The position numbers and the translations under genes are program-made. Positions 24,496 to 36,065 of a stretch of 64,000 nt of DNA are shown one piece after another (position 1 is the stretch's first letter; every line of letters starts with the position of its first letter). The notes beneath the pieces were generated by a model, which was not told where the DNA came from, ran no database searches, and worked only from the letters and a program-made list of their open reading frames with translations. Origin of the DNA: an uncultured Gemmatimonadales bacterium (GTDB lineage Bacteria > Gemmatimonadota > Gemmatimonadetes > Gemmatimonadales > GWC2-71-9); assembly GCA_963755425.1 (NCBI GenBank), contig CAVWJI010000004.1, positions 61,621 to 125,620 of the forward strand, read 5' to 3'.

Positions 24496-25281
24496 CTACC
24501 ATTGCCCGGCGGGATTGTCCGCCCCGAGCACCGAGAGGTCGCCCCGGTCCCGGATAGCCGTGGCGGCGCGAACCATCGCATCGGCGGCAACCCAGGTGAG
24601 TGCGCCGCCGACGCTGATCCGCCGGGCGCCGGCATCGCCGAGCTGAATCATGGTGAATTGCCGGCGCGCCAGGACGTTCACGGGCTTCGTCACCGACTGG
24701 CAGACGCGTCGAATGGCCGAGATGCTCGTCAGCCCCGGCGCAAAGAGGACATCGGCACCGGCGCCTCCATATGCCTGCAACCGGGTGATGGTGTCGTCGA
24801 GATCATCGCGGTCATGGACGTGGTTTTCGGCCCGCGCGGTGAGGGTGAATGGGAAACCGAGCGACCGCGAGGTTTCGACCGCGGCGGCGATCCGCTCCAC
24901 GGCCTGCGGAATGTCGTAGATGAATTCGCCATCACGATCCCAGTCCTCGATCGAGCCGCCCACCGCGCCTGCGGCGGCGATGCGGGCGATGGCCCGGGCA
25001 GCCGCTTCCGGCGTGGCGCCGTAGCCGTTTTCGAGGTCGGCCGACACCGGCAGGTCAGTCGCTCCGGCGAGCAACGCGACGTGGGCCGCCATCTCGTCGA
25101 GGGTGGCCCCGCCATCGCGGCGGCCCAGCGTGAACGCGAACCCCGACGACGTAGTCGCCAGCGCCTTGAACCCGAGCGACGCGAGGAGCTTGGCGCTCCC
25201 GGCGTCCCACGGATTGGGAATGATGAACGGTGGGCCGTCGTGCAATGCACGGAACAGCCAACCCTTGTCAAGCTGATTCAT
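24496..25281 (-). CDS. Isocitrate lyase / PEP mutase superfamily protein (2-methylisocitrate-lyase-like)
   Basis: 261 aa with PNPWDAGSAKLL, SSGFAF, ADLENGYG and GGSIEDW motifs. Confidence 0.8.
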   Translation of the reverse strand: MNQLDKGWLFRALHDGPPFIIPNPWDAGSAKLLASLGFKALATTSSGFAFTLGRRDGGATLDEMAAHVALLAGATDLPVSADLENGYGATPEAAARAIARIAAAGAVGGSIEDWDRDGEFIYDIPQAVERIAAAVETSRSLGFPFTLTARAENHVHDRDDLDDTITRLQAYGGAGADVLFAPGLTSISAIRRVCQSVTKPVNVLARRQFTMIQLGDAGARRISVGGALTWVAADAMVRAATAIRDRGDLSVLGADNPAGQW

Positions 25282-25423
25282 CGGACACCTCGAGGATCAC
25301 CGTCGCGCGGCAGATCTCCGTCTCGCCGAAAAGATAGTTATCGTAAGGGTATCGGAGCGCTCTCACTGACTTGTGCCGAGCGTCAGGGCTCGATCGAGCC
25401 GTCAGGCGAAAGGGGTAGGCGAG

Positions 25424-26662
25424 ATGATGCGCAACCGCGCCGTTACGCTGCTGGTTGTCGCGAGCTTCGGGGCGCAGCTGGTGCTGACCGGAACGGCCCG
25501 CGCCCAGAGCCGCCATTGGGTCGGCACCTGGGCGGCGAGCGTCGAAGGTGGACCGTCGTCAGATACGCCGTCGCTGAAGTCGTTCGCGGACCAGACGATC
25601 CGCCAGGTGGTGCGCGTCAGCATGGGCGGCGACACGGTCCGGATCCGGCTGACGAACGAGTTCGGCGGCGCATCGCTCCGGATCGTCGCGGCGCGCCTCG
25701 CGCTCTCGGCCGGTGACGCGAACATCGTTGCCGGCAGCAGCCGGACGCTCACCTTCGCCGGCGACTCGACCGTCCGCATCCCCGCCGGTGCGCCGATCCT
25801 GAGCGATCCCGTCGTGATGCATCTCGCCCCCCTGTCCGACCTGGCGATCTCGCTCTTTCTGCCCGACTCGACCCCGGCGTCGAGCTATCACGAACTGGCC
25901 ATGGCGACATCGTACGTCTCGGCCAGCAATCACACGGCTGACGACGTGTTCCCCGTCGAAACCACGAGTCGAAGCTGGTACTTCCTGAGTGGCGTCAGTG
26001 TGCGCGCTGCGGGAAACGCCGCCGCGATCGTGACACTGGGCAATTCGATCACGGATGGCTATGCGTCGTCCGTCGACTCCAACGCACGCTGGCCGAACGA
26101 ACTCGCGCGCCACCTGAGGGCGTCACATCTTCTCGATCGCCTGGCGGTACTGAACGAGGGGATCAGCGGCAACCGCATCCTGCACGACGAATCGGGCCCG
26201 GATGCGCTCGCCAGGTTCGATCGCGACGTGCTGGCGCAGCCGGGGGTGAAGTACGTCATCGTGATGGAAGGGATCAACGACATCGGCTTTTCGTCGTTCA
26301 GCGACTTCAAGGCGCAGGACGTCAGTGCGGCGGAGATCATCGCCGGCCAGAAGCAGCTCATCGCACGTGCGCACGAACACGGACTGCAGATCTATGGTGC
26401 CACGCTCACGCCGTTCGAAGGCTGCAACTACTTCAGCGCCGCCGGCGAAGCGAAGCGCGAAGCGATCAACCACTGGATCCGGACCAGCGGTGCCTATGAC
26501 GGCGTCATCGACTTCGATGCCCTGGTGCGCGACCCGGCGCACCCGACCCGCTTCCTGCCGAAGTACGACAGCGGCGATCATCTGCATCCCGGCGATGCCG
26601 GGTACCGGGCGATGGGGGAGGCGATCGACCCCACGCTCTTCGGCGAGACCGCGCGGCACTGA
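25424..26662 (+). CDS. Secreted SGNH/GDSL hydrolase
   Basis: Signal peptide MMRNRAVTLLVVASFGAQLVLTGTARAQ, with GNSITDG, GINDIG and DHLHP blocks. Confidence 0.8.
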   Translation: MMRNRAVTLLVVASFGAQLVLTGTARAQSRHWVGTWAASVEGGPSSDTPSLKSFADQTIRQVVRVSMGGDTVRIRLTNEFGGASLRIVAARLALSAGDANIVAGSSRTLTFAGDSTVRIPAGAPILSDPVVMHLAPLSDLAISLFLPDSTPASSYHELAMATSYVSASNHTADDVFPVETTSRSWYFLSGVSVRAAGNAAAIVTLGNSITDGYASSVDSNARWPNELARHLRASHLLDRLAVLNEGISGNRILHDESGPDALARFDRDVLAQPGVKYVIVMEGINDIGFSSFSDFKAQDVSAAEIIAGQKQLIARAHEHGLQIYGATLTPFEGCNYFSAAGEAKREAINHWIRTSGAYDGVIDFDALVRDPAHPTRFLPKYDSGDHLHPGDAGYRAMGEAIDPTLFGETARH

Positions 26663-26668
26663 CCGCCG

Positions 26669-28626
26669 TCAGGCCGCCGCGACCGCTCCGCGTTGCAGCA
26701 TCCAGCGGTAGAGCCATACGATCGCCGCCGACGAAGCCGAGCACCCCGAGCCACGGTGCGGCGGCGAACGACGCCGGCACCAGCCCGATCGGCGCCTCCT
26801 TCGATGTCGCGACGATCAGTCCTGCGTTGATCACGCCCCAGAGGCTTTCGCCCACGATCAGCCCCGATGCCACCAGCGTGCCGAGCCGCCGGGTACGGCC
26901 CGGATCCGGCGTCGCGCCGGCTTTGCGATCGAACCAGTGCGAGATGATGGCGCCCACGATTACCGCGAACGTTGCCGACATCGGCAGGTAGATGCCGATG
27001 CCGACGGCCAGCGGCGGGATGCGGAGCTTGTGCATCCGGCCGAGGAGCGTATCGAGCAGAATCAGCCCGACCCCGACGAGCGCGCCGATGCCGATCATCT
27101 TCCAGTCGAGCTTGCCGCCGATGACGCCCTGGGCCAGCGCGGCGATGAGCGTGGCCTGCGGCGCTGGCAGCGGATTGGGCGCCACCACGCCGACGTTCGC
27201 GGCGCCGGCAAACCCGTAGGCCCTGGCGAGCAGGTTGAGGACCACCGGAATGACCAGCGCGCCGGCGCCGACGCCCACGATCAGCGCGATCTGCTGGCGT
27301 CGGCGGTGACGCGCCGACCAGCTGGCCGGTCTTGAGGTCCTGCAGGTTGTCGTTGGAGATCGTGGCACAGGCAAAGACGATCGCCGTGACGAAGAGCGCG
27401 AACGCCACCAGCGCCGGCCGTGTCGTGGCCGTGGGCGCCACGACCAGCACCAGTAGCGATGCGCAGAGCACGATCGAGAGGATACCGACACCGGAGATCG
27501 GGCTGTTCGAGGCGCCGATGAGCCCCGCCATGTACCCGCAGATGCCGGCGATCAGGAAGCCCACCAGCAGCACGAACGGAACGGCCAGCAGCGTCAGCCG
27601 CCAGGCATCGGGCGCCAGAGCAGTGGACCGGGCGAACGTGAATGCAAGCCAGCCGGCGACGGCCGCACAGCCCACCGTCAAGACGAGAATCCACGGCGGG
27701 GAGATATCGCGGTCGCGCTCGTCGCTCGACGCCGTCGCGCGGGAAGCGGCAAGGGTGCTCACCAGGCCGCCGAGGACCGGCTTGGCGAGCGTGGCGAGGG
27801 TGTAGATCGCGGCAATGCCGATGGCGCCGGCGCCGAGGAAGCGGACCTGCGTGCTCCAGATCGCGGCCGTGTGCTGTGCGAGCGTCACGCCGGCAGCCGC
27901 GGGCTGGCTCGCCGTCAGGATCGGCACGGCAACGACCCATGAAATGATCTGCCCGACGAGCATCGCCATTCCGACCGACAGCCCGACCAGTTGTCCCACG
28001 CCGAGTAGCGCCAGCGACCAGGCAACGTCGTACCCGGTGGATGCGCCGCCGCCGAGCCCGACGAAGCCGGTGACTTCAGCGGCGGCAATGCGGGTCGACG
28101 TGAGAATGGCGAGTCCGCCCGACGCGACTGTGCCCAGGATCACGGCGAGGAGTCCTTCGCGCGCTTCGCCGGTGTCGTCCTTCACTTCGCCGCGGGTGCC
28201 GGATCCGACCTTGAGCACTTCGGCGGCGGCCACGCCCTCCGGGTAGGGAAGGTCGGAGTTGGTGACCAGGGCGCGCCGGAGCGGAATGGTGAACAGCACA
28301 CCGAGCACGCCACCGCTGACGCAGATCAGGAACGACTGCCAGAACGGGAATCCGGTCCACCATCCGACGATGACGAGCCCGGGCAGCACGAAGATGATGG
28401 CCGAGAGGGTGCCCGCGGCGGACGCGACCGTCTGGACGATGTTGTTTTCGAGGATCGACGAATCCTTCACCGCGCTCAGCACCGCCATCGACATCACTGC
28501 GGCGGGAATGGAGGAGGCGAAGGTGAGGCCGACCTTGAGCCCGAGATAGACGTTGGCGGCGGTAAAGACGGTGGTCAGCAGGGCGCCGAGAATCAGCCCG
28601 CGGATGGTCAGCTCTTTGGGTTTCAT
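26669..28626 (-). pseudogene. OPT-family oligopeptide transporter, two frameshifts (or assembly indels)
   Basis: Polytopic membrane protein with the NDNLQDLKTGQLVGA motif. The frame is lost near 27305 and again near 26735. The corrected C-terminus would read ..AIVWLYRWMLQRGAVAAA*. Confidence 0.8.
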
Positions 28627-28682
28627 GCGTGCGAACCTACGTCGTCAGGCGATATCCGGCGAGAGGCGGCGGCGGTCGGCTG

Positions 28683-31094
28683 TCATGGTCCGCCAGGCCT
28701 CGGCGGGATCGGCCATGTCACGGTGCCGGAACAGACGGACTGTCCGGCGGCTTTCAGGATCCCGGCGAACCGCGGCTGATCATGAAGGCTGGACAGGATC
28801 GGATCGCACCCGAAGGACGACTCGGCGACATAGAACGACCGTGCCGCGATCGCCCGTTCGAGGGCATCGAGCGCCGCCTGCTTGTTGCCGAGCGCGGCGT
28901 TCGCGATCGCGAGGTCGACGTCGCGCGAGCCGGCGGAGGTGTTCTGCGCAATGATGCTCGATTCGTGTTCCGCCCTGGCCCAGTCACCGTCGAGCGCAAG
29001 ACCCCAGGCATGCATCGCGCGAATGTTCGGTCCCGTCGAGTCGGCCCGGAAGAGGCGTTCGATCACCACGCGGGCGCTGTCGGTCTGGCCATCGAACGCC
29101 AGCGCTTCGCCCAGATAGAGGCGGCTGTAGGTAAACGCAGGATCGAGCTCCAGCGCGCGTCGCGCGGCGGTCTCGGCGTCGGCGAAGCGGTGAGCGCAGA
29201 GGAGCGAGTAGCTCAGGTCGTTGAATGCCACCGCGGAGAGCGGATCGAGCTCGACGGCGGTCTGATTCTCACGGATCGCTTCGTCGGAGCGGCCGAGGAT
29301 GTTGAGGTTGTCGCCGTGCCACTGTCGTGCGGTGACATTGCGTGGATCGATCGCAATTGCCGCGCGAAACTCGGGCTCGGCCTCGGCGGGGTGAAGTTGT
29401 GCGGACAGCGCGTCGGCCAGGGCGAGGTGGGCCTCGGCGAGCGTCGAGTCGATCGCGAGGGCGTGCCGGGCCTGTTGCTCGGCGTCGACCAGAATCGAGT
29501 CACCGCTCACCTGGACGTAGCCCGGGAGAATCCCCTCCGTCGCCGAAAGTCCCGCGTAGGCGCGGGCGAAGCCCGGGTCGCGGGCAATGGCCTGCTTGAA
29601 GTAGCCGATGGCACGATAGAGGTTGTCGGGGCCACGCTTGGCGAAGAAGAACTGCCCCTTGAGATAGAGATCGTACGCCTCGAGATCCGTTGTGCCGCGC
29701 TGCGCGGCGGCGCTCTGCACGCCGCGAGCGCTCCCGAGTCCGAGCGCCTTCTCCACGGCCGTGGTAATGGAATCCTGCGCCGCCGCGAAGTTGCCGTCGG
29801 CCGGCAGCGTGAAATCGTGGCTCCAGAGCGCCGTCTCGTCGGCGACCTTGACGAGGTCGACGGTGACCGTCACCTGACTGGCCGTGCGGTGGAATTCGCC
29901 CTGCAGCAGCACGGGAACGTCGAGCAGCGCGCCGGCGTCACGCACCGACTTGCCCCTGGCCGCCGCCGAGGAAGTGCGTGCCTTGACGGCCAGACCGGGA
30001 AGCTTCATCAGCCCGTCGCGCACGTCATTCGCGATGCCGTCGGCGAGATAATCGTCCGCGGTATCGTGGCTCACGTTGTCGAAGGGGAGCACCGCGATGG
30101 CGCGGACCGCGCTGGCGCCGTGCCCCGTGCCGAACCGCCACCACGCGAGTGCCGCGACGACCAGCACGATGGCAACGATCACCATCCATCGCATCGGCCG
30201 CCAGATGGCAACGGCACGGATCGGGGCGGTATTCGTGGGCGTGATCCCGACCGACGGCGTGCCGAACGGTTCGAGGGCCGCGTGCAGTTCGGCCGCTGTC
30301 TGCCAGCGGTCGGCCGGTCGCTTGGCGAGACAGCGCATCACCACCGCTTCGAGTGGCGCCGGGATGGCCTGCCGGCGCCTGGTGACCGGTTCGGGTGCTT
30401 CGGTCACGTGGGCGGCGAGCACCTGCTGCGGCGTGGCGCCGACGAACGGCGGCCGCCCGGTGAGCAGCTCGTACGCCAGCGCGCCCACCGCATAGATGTC
30501 GCTGCGGTGATCGATGTGCGGATCGGCAGCAGCCTGCTCGGGTGACATGTAGGCCGGCGTGCCCACCGCGACGCCGAGGGTGGTGACGGTGTTGCGACCG
30601 GTGGCCTCGCTGATGGCCTTGGCGACGCCGAAGTCGGCCACCAGCGCGTGCCGGCCCGAGAGCATCACGTTGTCGGGCTTGATGTCGCGGTGCACCACGC
30701 CATGGGCGTGCGCTTCGACGAGCGCGTCGACCACTTCGCCGATGAGGCGGGCGGCCTCGTGCACCGGCAGCTCGCCTTCCTTGTCGATCCGCTCGCGCAG
30801 CGACTGGCCGGCGACGTAGGGCATGACATAGTAGAGCAGGCCGTCGGCATCGCCCGAGTCGAGCAGCGGCAGAATGTTGGGGTGCTGCAGCTGGGCGGCG
30901 ATCTCGATTTCGCGCAGGAACCGCGCGGCGCCCATCGACGCGGCGAGGTCCTCACGCAGCACCTTGATGGCCACCTTGCGATGGTGCTTGATGTCTTCGG
31001 CGAGATAGACGGTGGCCATGCCGCCGGCACCGAGCTCGCGCTCGACGGTGTAGCGGTCGGCGAGGCTCGCGTTGAGGCGGTCGAGGATGGTCAC
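28683..31094 (-). CDS. Ser/Thr kinase - TM - TolB_N-like domain - TPR repeats
   Basis: 803 aa, intact. Confidence 0.9.
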   Translation of the reverse strand: MTILDRLNASLADRYTVERELGAGGMATVYLAEDIKHHRKVAIKVLREDLAASMGAARFLREIEIAAQLQHPNILPLLDSGDADGLLYYVMPYVAGQSLRERIDKEGELPVHEAARLIGEVVDALVEAHAHGVVHRDIKPDNVMLSGRHALVADFGVAKAISEATGRNTVTTLGVAVGTPAYMSPEQAAADPHIDHRSDIYAVGALAYELLTGRPPFVGATPQQVLAAHVTEAPEPVTRRRQAIPAPLEAVVMRCLAKRPADRWQTAAELHAALEPFGTPSVGITPTNTAPIRAVAIWRPMRWMVIVAIVLVVAALAWWRFGTGHGASAVRAIAVLPFDNVSHDTADDYLADGIANDVRDGLMKLPGLAVKARTSSAAARGKSVRDAGALLDVPVLLQGEFHRTASQVTVTVDLVKVADETALWSHDFTLPADGNFAAAQDSITTAVEKALGLGSARGVQSAAAQRGTTDLEAYDLYLKGQFFFAKRGPDNLYRAIGYFKQAIARDPGFARAYAGLSATEGILPGYVQVSGDSILVDAEQQARHALAIDSTLAEAHLALADALSAQLHPAEAEPEFRAAIAIDPRNVTARQWHGDNLNILGRSDEAIRENQTAVELDPLSAVAFNDLSYSLLCAHRFADAETAARRALELDPAFTYSRLYLGEALAFDGQTDSARVVIERLFRADSTGPNIRAMHAWGLALDGDWARAEHESSIIAQNTSAGSRDVDLAIANAALGNKQAALDALERAIAARSFYVAESSFGCDPILSSLHDQPRFAGILKAAGQSVCSGTVTWPIPPRPGGP

Positions 31095-31101
31095 GATCGG
31101 T

Positions 31102-33780
<2,679 letters not shown>

Positions 33781-33804
33781 ATGACCCCCGACGTCCGGCT
33801 TGCC

Positions 33805-34611
33805 TCACCCCAGCGGCCTGGAGATGGCCAGCCTGTAGCCGTCGAGATCCCTGATCCGGAACATCCGGACCCCCCACGGCATGTCGGCCGGCTCCGAGTC
33901 GAGCACGCCGCCGCGCGCCCTGATCCCCGCCGCGAGTTGATCGATGTCCTGCTCGGTGTTGATCGAGATGGAGAACCCCTCTGCCTTCTGGCGCTCCCAT
34001 CCGCGCGCGCCGTCGTCCTGATTGAGCAGGATCCGGACCTGGCCCGCCGATACCGCCACCGAACGGAGCGCGCCGTCGCGCTCGTAACGCCGGCCTTCGA
34101 CGAAGCCGAGGACGTCGCAGTACCACGTGACGCTTCGGGGCAGGTCGTTGACCGTGAGCGAGAGCTGCAACGAGGTGGCGACGAATCCCGCCGTTGCCGC
34201 CGCCGCTGGCGCAGCGCCGGCAGCGGGCTCCGGCTTGGGCGTTGCCAGTCCCTCGGTGATCCACTCCTTGGCCCGGGCCAGTTCGGCGTTGCGGAACTCG
34301 CGAACGTGCCCGGGCATGGCCAGCCCGAACAATTTGACGGCCGCGCGGAGCCAGTCGACATCGGTAACGAAGGCCACCCGTTCCCAGCCCGCGAGATGCT
34401 TGAACCCCAGCAAGGCGTCGTCCCACATCGCCGCCGGTTCGAAGGCGGTGAATTCCGCTCCGACGTGATAGAGAAAGCGGACGTGTCGCTGTTGCGCGAA
34501 GAGCGCCTCGACGGCGGGAATGACGACGTCCTGGTAATCGCGGGCGGTGACCTTGCCCTTCGCGGTGAAGCCGAGGACGTTGTCGGGGAGATCCTGCATG
34601 CGTTCGATCAT
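33805..34611 (-). CDS. Fusion protein: STAS/SpoIIAA-like (DUF3478-type) domain + VOC/glyoxalase-fold domain
   Basis: N-terminal MIERMQDLPDNVLGFTAKGKVTARDY.., an Ala/Pro linker, then ..VNDLPRSVTWYCDVLGF..RIRDLDGYRL. The start could also be 34623 or 34599. Confidence 0.65.
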   Translation of the reverse strand: MIERMQDLPDNVLGFTAKGKVTARDYQDVVIPAVEALFAQQRHVRFLYHVGAEFTAFEPAAMWDDALLGFKHLAGWERVAFVTDVDWLRAAVKLFGLAMPGHVREFRNAELARAKEWITEGLATPKPEPAAGAAPAAAATAGFVATSLQLSLTVNDLPRSVTWYCDVLGFVEGRRYERDGALRSVAVSAGQVRILLNQDDGARGWERQKAEGFSISINTEQDIDQLAAGIRARGGVLDSEPADMPWGVRMFRIRDLDGYRLAISRPLG

Positions 34612-34657
34612 GGTGGGGCCCATTCCTTTGCGCTCGCCACGAGCGTCGCAGCCAAAG

Positions 34658-35119
34658 CTAACGCCGCCGGGGCCGCTGCATCGGCGAGATGCCCCGGATG
34701 ATCACCTTGCCGCGCCCCGAGGCAGCGAACGGCCTGGTCCGACGGGCCGCTTCGGCCAGGAGCGCCTCCACCTCGGGCCGGCGCAGCGCATCGGCGGATT
34801 CGAGGCGGATTGATCGCACCAGGTTTCCCGATCCGACCAGGACGCCGGCCGGGTCCGGGAGCCGCGCGCCGTAGAGAAAGCAGAGCGCGATCGAACCGGC
34901 CCGGGCGGCGATCGACACGATGGCGTCCGACGGCCGCTCGGTGGGACCGTATCCGATCACGAAGAAGTTGTAGTTGTCCCAGACCAGTTCGTTCGCGGTG
35001 GGAAAGCGACGGCGCAGCGCGGCCCGCACCGCGCGGATCCGGCGCTGGTCTGCCGGCGAGAACTTGGCGATGAATCCGGCGAGCTGCGCCGACGCCGGTG
35101 CGGCGGGCGGCGGCAACAT
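34658..35119 (-). CDS. DUF1801-like protein
   Basis: ..FIAKFSPADQRRIRAVRAALRRRFP..NFFVIGYG.. resembles the YdhG/DUF1801 family. The start is ambiguous (35119, 35152 or 35242). Confidence 0.5.
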   Translation of the reverse strand: MLPPPAAPASAQLAGFIAKFSPADQRRIRAVRAALRRRFPTANELVWDNYNFFVIGYGPTERPSDAIVSIAARAGSIALCFLYGARLPDPAGVLVGSGNLVRSIRLESADALRRPEVEALLAEAARRTRPFAASGRGKVIIRGISPMQRPRRR

Positions 35120-35416
35120 CGACCGTCTCGGCCGGGCTGACCGTTCATCCATCCGGGATCGACCCGTCGTGGTCCGGTCCGGCATCTCGTCCTCTCCGGT
35201 CAGTGAGCCCGGCGGCGCGCGCCAGGAACATCGCGTCGGCACCGGCCCCGGCCCCGATTTCGGTCACGTTGAAGATACCGCCGCGGCGCCGGCCGGCAGT
35301 GGCTGCATGACCGTCGACCGCCGGTTCATTGACAGCCAGCGCCCGGCGCGGGAAGTTTTCCGGCATAGTCGGCGGAGCCGTCCCGTCCGTCCGGTAGCAC
35401 TCCTCCGGGGAATCTC

Positions 35417-35818
35417 ATGTTGAACAGCGTGCTGGCCGTTGTCGTCGGATACGTCGCGATGGCGATCGTGGTGATGATCACCACGGTGCTCGCCGTGCGA
35501 TTCCTGCTGCACCAGCCGTTGACGGCGCTGCGGTCGCTGCCGACGCAGCAGCTGCCACCGGCGTATCTCGTAGCCAACGTCACCGGCAGCGCCGTTGCCG
35601 CGCTCGCTGGCGGGGCAGTCGCCGCGGCGGTCGCCGCCGATCACCCCGTGGCACACGGCCTCGTCCTCGCCGGTTTCATGCTGCTCATGGCCGTGCTGTC
35701 GATGCGCCAGATGGGCTCGGCGCAACCACGCTGGTATCGCGCCCTGCTTGTCACGGCCATGCCGGCGCTTGCCGCGGGCGGTGCCGCGCTCTGGGCGGTG
35801 CTGAGTTCCGCGCCATGA
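35417..35818 (+). CDS. Small integral membrane protein (about 4 TM helices)
   Basis: 133 aa, strongly hydrophobic. I recognise no family. Confidence 0.55.
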   Translation: MLNSVLAVVVGYVAMAIVVMITTVLAVRFLLHQPLTALRSLPTQQLPPAYLVANVTGSAVAALAGGAVAAAVAADHPVAHGLVLAGFMLLMAVLSMRQMGSAQPRWYRALLVTAMPALAAGGAALWAVLSSAP

Positions 35819-35867
35819 TCCGCTTCGGCCGGCGCGGACGAGCGGGTGACAGGCGAGAGCGGGAAGG

Positions 35868-35895
35868 CGTTTCACCCTTCCGGACCGGTGAAACG
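35868..35895 (+). terminator. Hairpin downstream of the membrane-protein gene
   Basis: cgtttcacc-N10-ggtgaaacg, a 9-bp perfect stem 50 nt after the stop. Confidence 0.45.
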
Positions 35896-36065
35896 TTCTG
35901 CACCAATCGGAATATCGATCGCCACAGCCGCATTGCTCGTCGCCCCGATGTGACATAGATATCCCGCCTCATCGCGACAGAAAACGTCCGATGGCTGCAC
36001 CCATCACGCCACCGCCTGCCGGGCGGCGGACGGGCGCGCGCGTCCGGAACACCCTCAGCTCGAGG

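Noticed and set aside
35861-35927. Cobalamin-riboswitch-like words (GGGAAG, GGTGAAA, GCCACAG) upstream of the TonB-dependent receptor.
   Set aside because: The spacing between the elements does not fit the B12 aptamer, and the B12 box is imperfect (GCCACAG versus GCCACTG). The GGTGAAA is simply one arm of a 9-bp terminator hairpin for the upstream gene. The receptor also has a CarbopepD_reg-type rather than BtuB-type N-terminus. A covariance-model scan (Rfam RF00174) would settle it.
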